A DNA stretch of 64,000 nt from Candidatus Giovannonibacteria bacterium (GCA_016176285.1 JACOXM010000002.1:10917-74916), one strand, 5' to 3'. Positions 37,255 through 46,886 are shown, numbered from the stretch's first letter. Numbers and translations are program-made. The notes: a model not told the origin generated them from the letters alone.

Positions 37255-37914
37255 ATGTATCACCCAAAACCTTATCAGAAATGCGAAATGCCGGAGTTTA
37301 GCGGAACTCTTGGCGTTTTGGTGCTGAACGGCTCACTGAAACATAAAAGCGAATCATCAAATACGGAAGAATTAGCCGAATTAGTTATAGAAAACATGAA
37401 AAGCCATTCGGAAATCGATTATGAAATCATTAGGCTCGCGGATAAAAATATTCCGGCTGGCCTTGGTTTTAAAGAAAGCGAAGATGACGAGTGGCCGAAG
37501 ATTGCGGAGAAAATTAAAAAAGCTGATATTGTTTTGTTCGCGTCGCCTATCTGGTGGGGTGGAAGATCAAGTCTTATGCAGCGAATCATTGAACGTATGG
37601 ATGCGTTCGATGAGGAATATATACATGGCGGCAGAAACACTTTACTCAACAAAGTCGCCGGTATTGTCATAACCGGTAGCGAAGACGGAGCGCAAGCAAC
37701 CCTTAGCTCCCTTATGAGTATGCTGACATTTATGAATTTCGCTTTGCCGCCGCAATGCGCCGCTTACTGGGTAGGCGAAGTCGGTCAAGATCCGAAAGAT
37801 GACCGCGAGAGAAGGCTCAAAAATAAAGCGGTTGAAAACATGGCCAAAACCATGGCAAGGAATTTAGTTTTTTATGCCAAATTATTAAAAGATCATCCTA
37901 TCATTGAAAAATAA
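37255..37914 (+). CDS. NAD(P)H-dependent FMN reductase / flavodoxin-like fold protein
   Basis: LGVLVLNGSLK..., then VLFASPIWWGGRSS and IVITGSEDGAQ, typical of the FMN_red family. Confidence 0.6.
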   Translation: MYHPKPYQKCEMPEFSGTLGVLVLNGSLKHKSESSNTEELAELVIENMKSHSEIDYEIIRLADKNIPAGLGFKESEDDEWPKIAEKIKKADIVLFASPIWWGGRSSLMQRIIERMDAFDEEYIHGGRNTLLNKVAGIVITGSEDGAQATLSSLMSMLTFMNFALPPQCAAYWVGEVGQDPKDDRERRLKNKAVENMAKTMARNLVFYAKLLKDHPIIEK

Positions 37915-37918
37915 CATC

Positions 37919-38080
37919 ATGGTTAAAACAATAAAAAATCAAAATAGGGAGCTGTATCAGTGCGAAGAATGCGGCTTGAAATACGAATCTAAAGAAATCG
38001 CGGAGAAATGCCAAGCATGGTGCAATGAACATAAAAGCTGCAATCTGGATATTATAAAAAACGCTGTGAAGGATTTATGA
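37919..38080 (+). CDS. Unannotated small zinc-ribbon-like protein (53 aa)
   Basis: Not in the ORF track. Translation is MVKTIKNQNRELYQCEECGLKYESKEIAEKCQAWCNEHKSCNLDIIKNAVKDL (CxxC...CxxxC...C). It shares an ATGA overlap with the next gene. Confidence 0.35.
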   Translation: MVKTIKNQNRELYQCEECGLKYESKEIAEKCQAWCNEHKSCNLDIIKNAVKDL

Positions 38081-38565
38081 GCGTCAATCACACGCAAGTT
38101 CAAGAGTTGGAATACAACTACATCACTGACGGCATTTATATCGGCACAAACCAGTGCTGCCAAACGCATTTCGACGAGAAACTAAAGAAAGAAGGTATCA
38201 TCGCCGACATTTCCTTGGAAGAAGACCGGCTCGACGCGCCCTTCGGCGTTGATTTTTATGTTTGGATTCCTGTAAAAAATCATGCGGCACCCAAACCTGA
38301 TCAACTTGAATTTGGAGTTTCAGTTCTGGAAAAACTGGTGTTGATGAAAAAGAAAGTATATGTGCATTGCAAAAACGGCCACGGCAGAGCGCCGACGCTC
38401 GCCGCCGCCTATCTCATTATAAAAGGAAAAAGTCCGGAAGAAGCTGAAGCATTTATTAAATCAAAACGTCCTTCCATGCATCTTCAAAAAATCCAAAAAA
38501 CTGTGCTTCAAAAATTTAGTCAAAAAAATAAATGGAATTTTCACTTATCATCCCGGCATTTATAG
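38077..38565 (+). CDS. Dual-specificity / protein-tyrosine phosphatase-like protein
   Basis: CX5R P-loop VHCKNGHGRAPT, ~160 aa. Confidence 0.6.
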   Translation: MSVNHTQVQELEYNYITDGIYIGTNQCCQTHFDEKLKKEGIIADISLEEDRLDAPFGVDFYVWIPVKNHAAPKPDQLEFGVSVLEKLVLMKKKVYVHCKNGHGRAPTLAAAYLIIKGKSPEEAEAFIKSKRPSMHLQKIQKTVLQKFSQKNKWNFHLSSRHL

Positions 38566-39287
38566 CCGGCATCCTTACCTTTCTTGCCCCCTGTACGCTT
38601 CCTTTGGTGCCGGGGTATTTGGGATTCATCAGTGGCGTTTCGGCAAACGACTTACAAGATCCGAATAAAGCAAAAATTGTGCGAGGAAAAATCTTTTTTA
38701 ACGGAGTTTTTTATGTAATTGGTTTTAGCTTGGTTTTCATAATTCTCGGAAGCCTTTTTGGACTCGGCGGCGCTGCTCTTTTTAAATACCGGATTTGGCT
38801 CTCGCGAATCGGCGGCATTTTTGTGATATTTTTCGGGCTCTTTATGACGGGCATTTTAAAACTTCCGTTTTTGAATTTTGAAAAACATCTCGGGGGCATA
38901 AAAGCCTTAAAACCCGGAAACCCTACAAGTTCACTGATTTTCGGAGCGACATTTGCTTTTGGATGGACTCCGTGCGTCGGTCCGATTCTTGGATCAATCC
39001 TTACGCTCGCTGCGGCATCGGCAACGGTCGGTCAGGGAGCGTTTCTTCTTTCGGTTTTCTCTCTTGGACTTGCGGTACCGTTCCTTATAATCGCTGCGGG
39101 CATAGGTTCTGCATCAAGCTATATCTCAAAACTGAACAAGTATCTCAATGTTGTTTCGATTATCGGAGGTCTTTTTCTTATTTTTCTTGGCATCCTTCTT
39201 TTCACAAACAAGCTCGGCGTGTGGATCGCATACTTTTATCAATGGTTCGATTTTACTAACTACGAACGATTGCTTGATTATTTATAA
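38532..39287 (+). CDS. ccdA: Cytochrome c-type biogenesis / thiol-disulfide transfer membrane protein CcdA (DsbD family)
   Basis: AGILTFLAPCTLPLVPGYLGFISG and a second Cys in TPCVGPILGSIL. Six TMs. Confidence 0.85.
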   Translation: MEFSLIIPAFIAGILTFLAPCTLPLVPGYLGFISGVSANDLQDPNKAKIVRGKIFFNGVFYVIGFSLVFIILGSLFGLGGAALFKYRIWLSRIGGIFVIFFGLFMTGILKLPFLNFEKHLGGIKALKPGNPTSSLIFGATFAFGWTPCVGPILGSILTLAAASATVGQGAFLLSVFSLGLAVPFLIIAAGIGSASSYISKLNKYLNVVSIIGGLFLIFLGILLFTNKLGVWIAYFYQWFDFTNYERLLDYL

Positions 39288-39494
39288 TTATGATTAGGAC
39301 GATAAAACAAAACGAAAAAGAGACACACACACAACCTTTTTAGCCAACCGCGAAGCGCGCCTCTGCGCGCCGAGCGGAAAGGATTCGTCGTTCAAAAATC
39401 GGAATCTCTAATCTTGGAGCCACCTCCCGGATTCCTCGCCTGTAAAAGCTATGCTTTAGCATTGTGGGCAGGGAACCGGCGACTTCTTAATTTG

Positions 39495-39566
39495 AGCCGG
39501 AGAGAGGATTTGAACCCCCGACCTTACCCTTACGAAGGGTCTGCTCTACCACTGAGCTACTCCGGC
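39495..39566 (-). tRNA. tRNA-Thr (anticodon CGT)
   Basis: Hand fold of the reverse complement. Acceptor GCCGGAG/CTCCGGC, D-arm GCTC-AGTGGTA-GAGC, anticodon loop TTCGTAA, T-arm GGGGG-TTCAAAT-CCTCT. Confidence 0.75.
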
Positions 39567-39584
39567 TTGTATTTTTTAATACAG

Positions 39585-39655
39585 TGCGAGTGGCGGGAAT
39601 TGAACCCGCGTCCCTTGCTTGGGAAGCAAGTATATTGCCACTATACTACACTCGC
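39585..39655 (-). tRNA. tRNA-Gly (anticodon CCC)
   Basis: Hand fold. Acceptor GCGAGTG/CACTCGC, anticodon stem CTTGC/GCAAG with loop TTCCCAA, T-arm GCGGG-TTCAATT-CCCGC. Confidence 0.75.
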
Positions 39656-39660
39656 AATTT

Positions 39661-40200
39661 TTAAAACCTCCTTTTTAATTCATTATCCGACCATTTCCAT
39701 CGTAAAAGATATATAGAAATATTAGCTTCACTCATGGATTTTTCAAGCCATTTCTGGGGATCCCTTTTTTCTTTTTGAAGCTCTTCCATCCAAAGTATCC
39801 TACGGGCTTGCGGATATAAAACAAAATTCTTAAAATCCTCAACCGTCCAGCCGTAAAGATCGCCGATGGATTTCTCTAATTTAACGGAGTCCCTTTCGGA
39901 TATCGTACCATTAACGATTTTATCTTCCGTTTCACTGCTGCTGCCCGCCTTTTTTAGTTCATTTTTGATAAAAGCGTCTTCGATAAGTGAAAGCAGGATC
40001 CCCTTTTCAATATCCAAATCGGATGCATTTTCTCTGTTTAAATCTCGAAATCGGACTAAACCTTCCTTATTTTTTTTAAAATTTTCATAAGATAAATTCA
40101 CGCCCTGCGCCCTCAGGACAGGTAAAGAGTTGCGAACTTTAAAAAAAAGCGCGGTAAGCAATATTAGGCACAATAATGATACAACAAGCTTGCGATTCAT
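39661..40200 (-). CDS. Secreted hypothetical protein
   Basis: N-terminal signal peptide (MNRKLVVSLLCLILLTALFF). No motif recognised. Confidence 0.35.
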   Translation of the reverse strand: MNRKLVVSLLCLILLTALFFKVRNSLPVLRAQGVNLSYENFKKNKEGLVRFRDLNRENASDLDIEKGILLSLIEDAFIKNELKKAGSSSETEDKIVNGTISERDSVKLEKSIGDLYGWTVEDFKNFVLYPQARRILWMEELQKEKRDPQKWLEKSMSEANISIYLLRWKWSDNELKRRF

Positions 40201-40201
40201 C

Positions 40202-40582
40202 TTATCTGAAAATATTCTTAATATAGTCCCATAATCGCGCGATTGGCGGTTTCGCGGTTTCTTTGTCCTCCAGGGGCTTGTTTTCCACTATAACTAAAAC
40301 CTTCTCCCCTGGCGCTGTTTTATTAAAGCGTTTTTTTGCCTCTTTTTCCAGGTTATCCGGATCCCCCAAATATTTTATTTTTCCATCAATTCTTTCTTTC
40401 TGGGAAAGCAGTTTTTCGTATTCCGCTTCCGTACTTTTTTTGGCTTTGTAAGATTGGTATGCCCTTAAGCCGATATTTAGTGAGGCAACCAATAAGATTA
40501 GAACAAAAACTCCGAGTGCCGACAAAAAAATCCTCGAATGAAGAAATCTGTTGATTTTTTTTCGTTCTTGATAAATCTGCAT
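40202..40582 (-). CDS. Septum formation initiator-like protein (FtsB/DivIC/FtsL family)
   Basis: Single TM followed by a coiled-coil (YQSYKAKKSTEAEYEKLLSQKERIDGKIKYL). ~126 aa. Confidence 0.45.
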   Translation of the reverse strand: MQIYQERKKINRFLHSRIFLSALGVFVLILLVASLNIGLRAYQSYKAKKSTEAEYEKLLSQKERIDGKIKYLGDPDNLEKEAKKRFNKTAPGEKVLVIVENKPLEDKETAKPPIARLWDYIKNIFR

Positions 40583-40707
40583 ACTTAAACTAAAATTTTC
40601 TTATGGCAACCCAACGCCAAAAAAGAAGAAATCAATTCATTTGGACTACTATAACTATTCTAGCTGTTTTATCGATGGTTGTTTACCTCTTTAATCCGGT
40701 TTTATAA

Positions 40708-42492
40708 TTATTTTTTTATCATCTGAACAAAAACATCCGGCGGGATTGTAAAGCGCGCCTCTTCCTCAAGGCGTTTTTTCCCCTCTTTCTGCTTTTTCCA
40801 TAATTTCATTTTTCTCGATCTGTCGCCCCCGTAAAGGTAGCCGGTAACATCTTTGCGCAAAGCTTTCAGCGTCCTTGAAGATAATATCCTTCCCATGGCT
40901 TTTGCCTGGATTTTGAGCGAGAAAAGCGCTTGTGGGAGAATTTTATATAATTTTTCCACGGCCCTCTCCGCTTCCTCCTCTACACGTTTCTTGGGAACAA
41001 TTTTCGAAAATGCTGGGACAATTTCATCAGCAATCAAAATATCAAGCCTCAAAAGATTTCCAGGGCGGTTTTCCAGAAATTCGTAATTTAAGGACGCATA
41101 ACCCTGCGAGACGCTTTTTAAATCGTCAAAAAAATCCCTCATCAGCTCCCGGAGAGGCATTTGCGCCTCAAGCTTCAAGCGCGATTCGGAAAATTTATGT
41201 GTTTCTCCTACTATCGCTTCATGCTCCTGCAAAAGTTTCAGCGCCGGTGAAATTTTTTCAGGCGGAAGAAGAATTTCGAGCTTCAGCCAAGGCTCTTCGA
41301 CCTCGAGAACCTCCCCCTCGTCCGGAAATTTGTGCGGCGAATATACTTCCATGGTATTTTTTTTAGTCTTGACGGAATAGCGCACGGTCGGCGTGGCTAC
41401 AATTGTTTTTACCCCAAAATCCCTTCTCAAGCGCTCAACCACTATTTCCAAATGCAGCATCCCCAAAAATCCGCAGCGAAATCCTCTTCCCAAAACTCCT
41501 GATGATTCTTCCTCAAAAGAAAGGGAGGCATCTGAAAGTTTCAGCCTCTCGAGCGATCTTCGAAGCTCTTCAAAATCATCCTGCTCTTCCGGGAATAAAG
41601 AAGAAAAAACTACGGGCTTTACATCTTTGTAGCCGGGCAAAGGCTCCAAAGACGGGTCAAGGACAGTATCGCCTACCCGCACTATTCTAGCCTCTTTAAT
41701 ACTTGTAACAACGTATCCTATTTCGCCTGCGGAAATTTTTTCAGACAGCTTTAACTCCGGCTTAAAAAACCCCGTCTCGCCGACAATAAAATCCTCGCGG
41801 GACGCGAATAAGCGCAAGCGCTCCCCCCTTTTTATTTCTCCGTCAAAAACTCGCACATGGGCGATAACGCCACGATGAAGGGAATAATCGAAATCAAATA
41901 TTAAGGCCCTTGTTTTCTTGGAAACCGAGTTTCCACTTGGAAACTCGGTTTCCAAGTGTTTCGGGGCAGGAATTTCTTTTATTATTTCGCTAAGTAAATT
42001 TTCAACCCCATCTCCCGTCCTCGCAGAAACTTTCAAAATTTTGGAAGATTCCCCTAATAAATTTCTTATTTCCTCCTCCGTTTCCTCCACCCTTGCGTGC
42101 GCAAGATCAATTTTATTAATCACCGGGATTATTTTCAGATTTTGCGCCCTCGCCTGTTCCACGGTTGAAAGCGTCTGCGCCTGCACCCCCTGCGTCGCGT
42201 CCACAAGCAAAACCGCCCCCTCCACAGCGGCAAGAGCTCTCGAAACTTCATAAGAAAAATCTATGTGCCCGGGGGTATCAATTAAATTTAAAATATAGCC
42301 CTTCCACTCCATCCTTACGGGCTGCATTTTTATCGTAATCCCGCGCTCCCGCTCCAGGGGCATCTGATCCAAAAACTGCTCCTTCATTTTCCGCGCTTCC
42401 ACGGTTTTCGTAACCTCAAGCATCCTATCCGCGAGAGTAGACTTACCGTGGTCAATATGGGCAATTATAGAAAAATTGCGTATTTCAGACAT
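40708..42492 (-). CDS. lepA: Elongation factor 4 (LepA)
   Basis: IRNFSIIAHIDHGKSTLADR G-domain, ~594 aa, and a LepA-type C-terminus. Confidence 0.9.
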   Translation of the reverse strand: MSEIRNFSIIAHIDHGKSTLADRMLEVTKTVEARKMKEQFLDQMPLERERGITIKMQPVRMEWKGYILNLIDTPGHIDFSYEVSRALAAVEGAVLLVDATQGVQAQTLSTVEQARAQNLKIIPVINKIDLAHARVEETEEEIRNLLGESSKILKVSARTGDGVENLLSEIIKEIPAPKHLETEFPSGNSVSKKTRALIFDFDYSLHRGVIAHVRVFDGEIKRGERLRLFASREDFIVGETGFFKPELKLSEKISAGEIGYVVTSIKEARIVRVGDTVLDPSLEPLPGYKDVKPVVFSSLFPEEQDDFEELRRSLERLKLSDASLSFEEESSGVLGRGFRCGFLGMLHLEIVVERLRRDFGVKTIVATPTVRYSVKTKKNTMEVYSPHKFPDEGEVLEVEEPWLKLEILLPPEKISPALKLLQEHEAIVGETHKFSESRLKLEAQMPLRELMRDFFDDLKSVSQGYASLNYEFLENRPGNLLRLDILIADEIVPAFSKIVPKKRVEEEAERAVEKLYKILPQALFSLKIQAKAMGRILSSRTLKALRKDVTGYLYGGDRSRKMKLWKKQKEGKKRLEEEARFTIPPDVFVQMIKK

Positions 42493-42587
42493 GACTAGAG
42501 TTTATATAAAAATTAAGAAATAAAAAAGGTACGAATATTAAAAACGCAAACCGTAAAAATACTTGCGATAGCAAACAAATTTACGAT

Positions 42588-44276
42588 TTATGGCAGCTTC
42601 TCCGGTTCGGAGGCGACGACAAATATCATCTTCCAAATCCTATCCCGGAATGCCTCATAGAATTCCGTGAATTCGCGGTTATTGAGCCACATTAATATGG
42701 CGCCTGCGAAGGCAAGGCCGAATATTCCCGCAATAAATCCCTGCAGAAAAATTCCTATAAACGTTTCTAAATTTAAGTAGGGGGCTAAAAGATTTAGGCT
42801 AACGTAAGAGACAATCCCCAAAACCGCGCTCGCGAGAACCGAATCGCGAAAAGACTTTGCCATAAATGAAAATGATTCTTCTTTATGAAAAATATTTTTG
42901 AATGATACGGCCAGAACAAGAAGGTTAATTAAACTCCCCAAGGAAACGGCTAAAGGCAGAACCAGAACCCCTCCCGCCCGAATGTCCCCAACTCTCAATA
43001 TTTCCAAAAACCACATGCGAAAAATTTCTGAATTATTAAAAAGATTTAGCAGCCACCAAGCGGAAAAAACCGTAACCGCAGAAGATATGATATTAACGAG
43101 TACAGGCAAAAAAGTGCGCCCGGCGGCGTAAAAAGCGCGTATATAAAGCATCATTAACCCCTGCGTAAGGATGGATAGCGCTAAAAGGAAAAGCGCCGCC
43201 GCGGTGAGTCTTGTATCAAGCCAGGAAAATGCCCCTACTCCTAGAATCACGCGGACAATTTGCGCACGCAAAATAATAAACATAACGGTTACGGGCAAAG
43301 ACCAGAAAAAAATGTGCCTGAATGCGAGCGAAAAATGGCCCAAGAAATCTTTATTTCCATTTTTTGCGTATGACGATGCGAGAGTCGGGAAAGCTGATAC
43401 GGAATAAGAAAGCGCAATAACTGAAAGCGGCACGGATTGAAGATTGAAAGCAAAATTCAAAATTGATACCGCACCCGCGCCTAAGGTGCTCGCGAAAGCC
43501 GTTATGACACTCATCACAATTTGGTTTAACGAAAGCCCGAGAGTCCTCGGTAATGAAAATTTCAAAAGCCTAATTACATCGTATGAAAATTTAGGCCTGC
43601 GGAATTTCAAAGAAAACCCCAAGGAAAAAAGCGTCGGAATTTGTATTGCAAAATGCATAACGGAACCTATTACAACACCCCAGACTATTCCTTCGATCCC
43701 CTTTGAAGGAACGAAAAAGATTATGCCGATTATTATTCCCAAATTATAGAAAAGGGGCGAGGCGGCATAGACATAAAACCTGCGGAATGACTGGATTACC
43801 GATGACAAAAGGTTCGAAAGCCCGAGAAAAAAGGGAGAAACAAGCAATAGGCGGCTTAAATTCACCACCTGAATTTTTTCTTCTCCGGAAAAACCTGGCG
43901 CAAAAAGCGGGACAAGCTCCTTCATAAAAATAAAAGCGAGAGAGACCAGCAAAACCGTGGCAATACTGAAAAATGAAAAAATATTTCCAAAAAATTCTTC
44001 GGCATCTTTCCTATCCTCGGAAATTTTTTTGAGAAGTACGGGAATAAGCGCAGTGGAAGCCGCAAAAAAAAGCGTGAGGGTGTAAATAAAGTCGGGTATT
44101 CTAAATGAGGCGTAATAAACATCAAGCGATCTTGATGCTCCAAATTCCGAAGCTAGAAGCCTGTCGCGAAAAAGCGAAAGAATATCCGCAAATATTCCAG
44201 CCAACGCCAAAACAAGAGCGGTTCTTGTGACGCTTTTAAGCTCACCCCCAAAAAGAGAAAATAATTTTTTAGCCAT
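42588..44276 (-). CDS. murJ: Lipid II flippase MurJ (MviN)
   Basis: FGASRSLDVYYASFRIPDFIYTLTLFFAASTALIPVL, plus the 14-TM MOP-superfamily pattern. Confidence 0.85.
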   Translation of the reverse strand: MAKKLFSLFGGELKSVTRTALVLALAGIFADILSLFRDRLLASEFGASRSLDVYYASFRIPDFIYTLTLFFAASTALIPVLLKKISEDRKDAEEFFGNIFSFFSIATVLLVSLAFIFMKELVPLFAPGFSGEEKIQVVNLSRLLLVSPFFLGLSNLLSSVIQSFRRFYVYAASPLFYNLGIIIGIIFFVPSKGIEGIVWGVVIGSVMHFAIQIPTLFSLGFSLKFRRPKFSYDVIRLLKFSLPRTLGLSLNQIVMSVITAFASTLGAGAVSILNFAFNLQSVPLSVIALSYSVSAFPTLASSYAKNGNKDFLGHFSLAFRHIFFWSLPVTVMFIILRAQIVRVILGVGAFSWLDTRLTAAALFLLALSILTQGLMMLYIRAFYAAGRTFLPVLVNIISSAVTVFSAWWLLNLFNNSEIFRMWFLEILRVGDIRAGGVLVLPLAVSLGSLINLLVLAVSFKNIFHKEESFSFMAKSFRDSVLASAVLGIVSYVSLNLLAPYLNLETFIGIFLQGFIAGIFGLAFAGAILMWLNNREFTEFYEAFRDRIWKMIFVVASEPEKLP

Positions 44277-46591
44277 TATTGCTCGATTGGCGCGCCTTTT
44301 CTTTTTTCCGGCAATGGTCCTGGCGGAGAAATGCCCGCGAGGGGTTCCTTTCCTTCTGAAAGATTGGCTACGATTCTCCTGACTTCGCTATTATTAGGGT
44401 TGAGTTCGCCTATTTTTTTAAACTCGTCAAGCGCCTTTGGTTTGTCACCCTGTTTGTAATAGATAAGTCCGAGAAAATAACGCGCATTTGAATAATTAGG
44501 GGCAATACTAACCGCCCTCTCAAAGACAAACCTTGATTCGTTTAATTTATTTTCCTGATAATACAACAGACCCAACTGGAACAATACGCCTATGTCATTT
44601 GGCTGAAGAAAAGCTGTGGTTTCGGCGCTCTTTATTGCCAAATCAATATTCCCGGTTGTTGCCTCAAGTTGGGCAAGAAGAAAATGCGCCTGAGCATAAT
44701 CATTTTTAAGCCCGATGGCTTTTTTAAGGAAGTCGCGCGCGCGAGGAAGATCATTTTTCAAAATTTCCACCCTCGCCGAAGCAAGAAAAACATCAGGACT
44801 TGTCGGTGATTTCTCTGCTGCTTTGACATAAGAATCCTGCGCCCTCTCAACAACGCCCTGAATTTGAAACGGCATAACGGATTCAAAAACTCTGCCTAAG
44901 TTAATCCAATTTAATCCGTCAGCTGGATTTAGCTTTACCGCCTCGTCCGCATTTTGAATCGTTTGAGTAAGCGCATTCTGAAATTTTATCCTTATCTCAT
45001 CAGGATTTCCGCCAGACCCTACAATTTGCTGAAGCTTTAGCATGCCAAGATCAGTAAAACTTCTTAAATAAGCGTCTCTCTTATCGAATTTCAACGCGCG
45101 CCTGTACAGATCTTCCGTCTTTTCCAAATTGCCCGCGGCAAGTGCCTTATTTCCTTCTCCAAAAAGAATAGCCGCGTAATATTTTTGGGCCATAATAGAA
45201 AACCAAGAAGCGCCGAGAACAATCAGGAGAATTAACACAAGCGCGCCTATAAACCCCGCGCCGGAACGCTCAAATATAAAAATTTCATACTCTTCAATCA
45301 CGCCCTTTTCCATTGCCAAACCTACAAATAATCCGGTCAAAAGAAACATTGGAAAAATCAAAGAAAAACTTCCCGGATAGATGAAAGAAAAAATCCACAA
45401 ATATAAAGCCCCGCCAAAAGTAGCTAAAATCAAAAAGGATGAAGCCGCAGAGGATTTTATCAAAGATTTGAATCCGTAATACAAAAACATTCCAAGAAAT
45501 GCGAGCAGGGCTAACAGGCCTATAAGCCCAGACGTGACAAGGAGCGTAGGAATAAATCCAAAACCGGCGTTAAAACGAGTCTGCCAAAAAGGAGTTGATA
45601 AAATGTCCGAGGGGCGGAAATTAAACCAAGCATAGGTAAAGGTATTGGGCCCGTATCCGAAAGCCGCATTCCCTCCAAGAGACTTCGAAGCTGTTATCAT
45701 CGTAAATTCAAGATTCGGGCGGGCTTCCAAAAAAGTTATTCCGAAATTTTCCAGAAGGTCGGTTACGATACCTCCTGAAAAAATCATTATCAGGGAAAAT
45801 ATCAAAACAGCAAATGAAACTCTAAAAATGCTTTCGGAATTTCTCTTCCGGGAATAATGGTAAGCCAAAAAGATTGTTAGGATCACCGTAAGCACCCACC
45901 AGACAAAACTGAAATTCACTAGAATTGAAATAACCAAAGATAGGGCGAAAACAAACCACAGTGCGACTTTCACATAAGATTTGGGGACATATTCCAAGAA
46001 AATCGAAGAAAGCAAAAGAATAAGCCCGGAAAATATTCCAAGCTCATTCCAGGATCCGAAAAGATTAAATACTAAATCCTTTCCAAATAGCGCAATTGGC
46101 GGGACCCTCAAAATGGTCTGGAAAATCTGGAAGATCGCAAGAACGGCAAAAGAGCCAAAAAGAGCCAAAAATGCCCTAAAAACTTTTTCCTCCGCATCAA
46201 AAACTAGAAAACCAATAATCAGCGCCGAAATAAAAATCCCTATAGCGCTTAATGTCCCCGACTCTGAACCCAGACCCAAAAAAGAAACATGCGGAGATAC
46301 AGAAAGAAGACTCGACACCGCTAAACAGGCAAGAAATGCAAAAAGAAAAATTCCGGCAATTGTTTTTGGAATTTTAACCTTGCCCGACTGTAAAGTTGAA
46401 ATAAGATAAATAATTCCAGCCAAAAGCAACCCGAAGTAGATTAAATAGCTTTTATTTAAATCAACGGGCAAAATTGTGAGCGGAAGCGCAAAAAAAGAAA
46501 AAACGAATATCAACGAATACAGCAGCCATTCTGACGCCTTTGATCCTAGCCCTGTAACGTAAGCAACTTGTTCACGAAATCCATCCGCCAT
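44276..46591 (-). CDS. Polytopic membrane protein with O-antigen ligase/Wzy-like region and C-terminal TPR repeats
   Basis: ~14 TMs, then a cytoplasmic or periplasmic TPR-rich C-terminus (AYLRSFTDLGMLK...NYAQAHFLLAQ...NYSNARYFLGLIYY). Confidence 0.5.
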   Translation of the reverse strand: MADGFREQVAYVTGLGSKASEWLLYSLIFVFSFFALPLTILPVDLNKSYLIYFGLLLAGIIYLISTLQSGKVKIPKTIAGIFLFAFLACLAVSSLLSVSPHVSFLGLGSESGTLSAIGIFISALIIGFLVFDAEEKVFRAFLALFGSFAVLAIFQIFQTILRVPPIALFGKDLVFNLFGSWNELGIFSGLILLLSSIFLEYVPKSYVKVALWFVFALSLVISILVNFSFVWWVLTVILTIFLAYHYSRKRNSESIFRVSFAVLIFSLIMIFSGGIVTDLLENFGITFLEARPNLEFTMITASKSLGGNAAFGYGPNTFTYAWFNFRPSDILSTPFWQTRFNAGFGFIPTLLVTSGLIGLLALLAFLGMFLYYGFKSLIKSSAASSFLILATFGGALYLWIFSFIYPGSFSLIFPMFLLTGLFVGLAMEKGVIEEYEIFIFERSGAGFIGALVLILLIVLGASWFSIMAQKYYAAILFGEGNKALAAGNLEKTEDLYRRALKFDKRDAYLRSFTDLGMLKLQQIVGSGGNPDEIRIKFQNALTQTIQNADEAVKLNPADGLNWINLGRVFESVMPFQIQGVVERAQDSYVKAAEKSPTSPDVFLASARVEILKNDLPRARDFLKKAIGLKNDYAQAHFLLAQLEATTGNIDLAIKSAETTAFLQPNDIGVLFQLGLLYYQENKLNESRFVFERAVSIAPNYSNARYFLGLIYYKQGDKPKALDEFKKIGELNPNNSEVRRIVANLSEGKEPLAGISPPGPLPEKRKGAPIEQ

Positions 46592-46635
46592 AAAATTTCC
46601 TTACCAATTAACTAATGATATCATAATCCTATAAA

Positions 46636-46845
46636 ATGTCTGCGAGAGAGTATAGTGAATATCTGAAAATACAAGAAGCGGCTTTTTTTCTTGGGGTAAG
46701 CAACGCCACAATGCGCCTTTGGGATAAAAATAAAAAATTAGAACCTTCCAGGCATCCAAAAAGTAAATACAGGCTATATAAAATCAGCATTCTTCAGAAG
46801 TTTAAAGAAAAAAGAAAAAAGAAATATCACAAGTCAGACAAATAA
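46636..46845 (+). CDS. Small MerR-superfamily / excisionase-like HTH DNA-binding protein
   Basis: HTH segment LKIQEAAFFLGVSNATMRLWDKNKKL, ~69 aa, basic tail. Confidence 0.5.
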   Translation: MSAREYSEYLKIQEAAFFLGVSNATMRLWDKNKKLEPSRHPKSKYRLYKISILQKFKEKRKKKYHKSDK

Positions 46846-46846
46846 A

Positions 46847-46878
46847 TCAAAAACCGCTCCTTTAAAGAGCGGGTTTTT
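46847..46878. terminator. Bidirectional rho-independent terminator (serves the HTH gene on + and rnpB on -)
   Basis: ACCGCTCC-TTTAAA-GGAGCGGT 8-bp hairpin flanked by CAAAAA and TTTTT. Confidence 0.6.
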
Positions 46879-46886
46879 GATTTATA

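Noticed and set aside
39346-39372. GC-rich palindrome GCGCGC-CTCT-GCGCGC downstream of ccdA as a terminator.
   Set aside because: There is no downstream T-run and the short self-complementary GCGCGC arms are common by chance in GC-rich DNA. It is left uncalled.
39380-39450. Possible tRNA 3'-end fragment or att-site repeat (minus strand ...AATCCGGGAGGTGGCTCCA) between ccdA and tRNA-Thr, which could mark an island boundary.
   Set aside because: Beyond AATCC and a CCA-like end it does not match the T-arm and acceptor of either neighbouring tRNA. I could not fold it into any tRNA portion. It is too weak to call.
39414-39716. 100-aa plus-strand ORF spanning the tRNA-Thr and tRNA-Gly genes.
   Set aside because: Its translation contains the tell-tale tRNA-derived peptide motifs REDLNPRP and RELNPRP. 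The locus is two minus-strand tRNAs.
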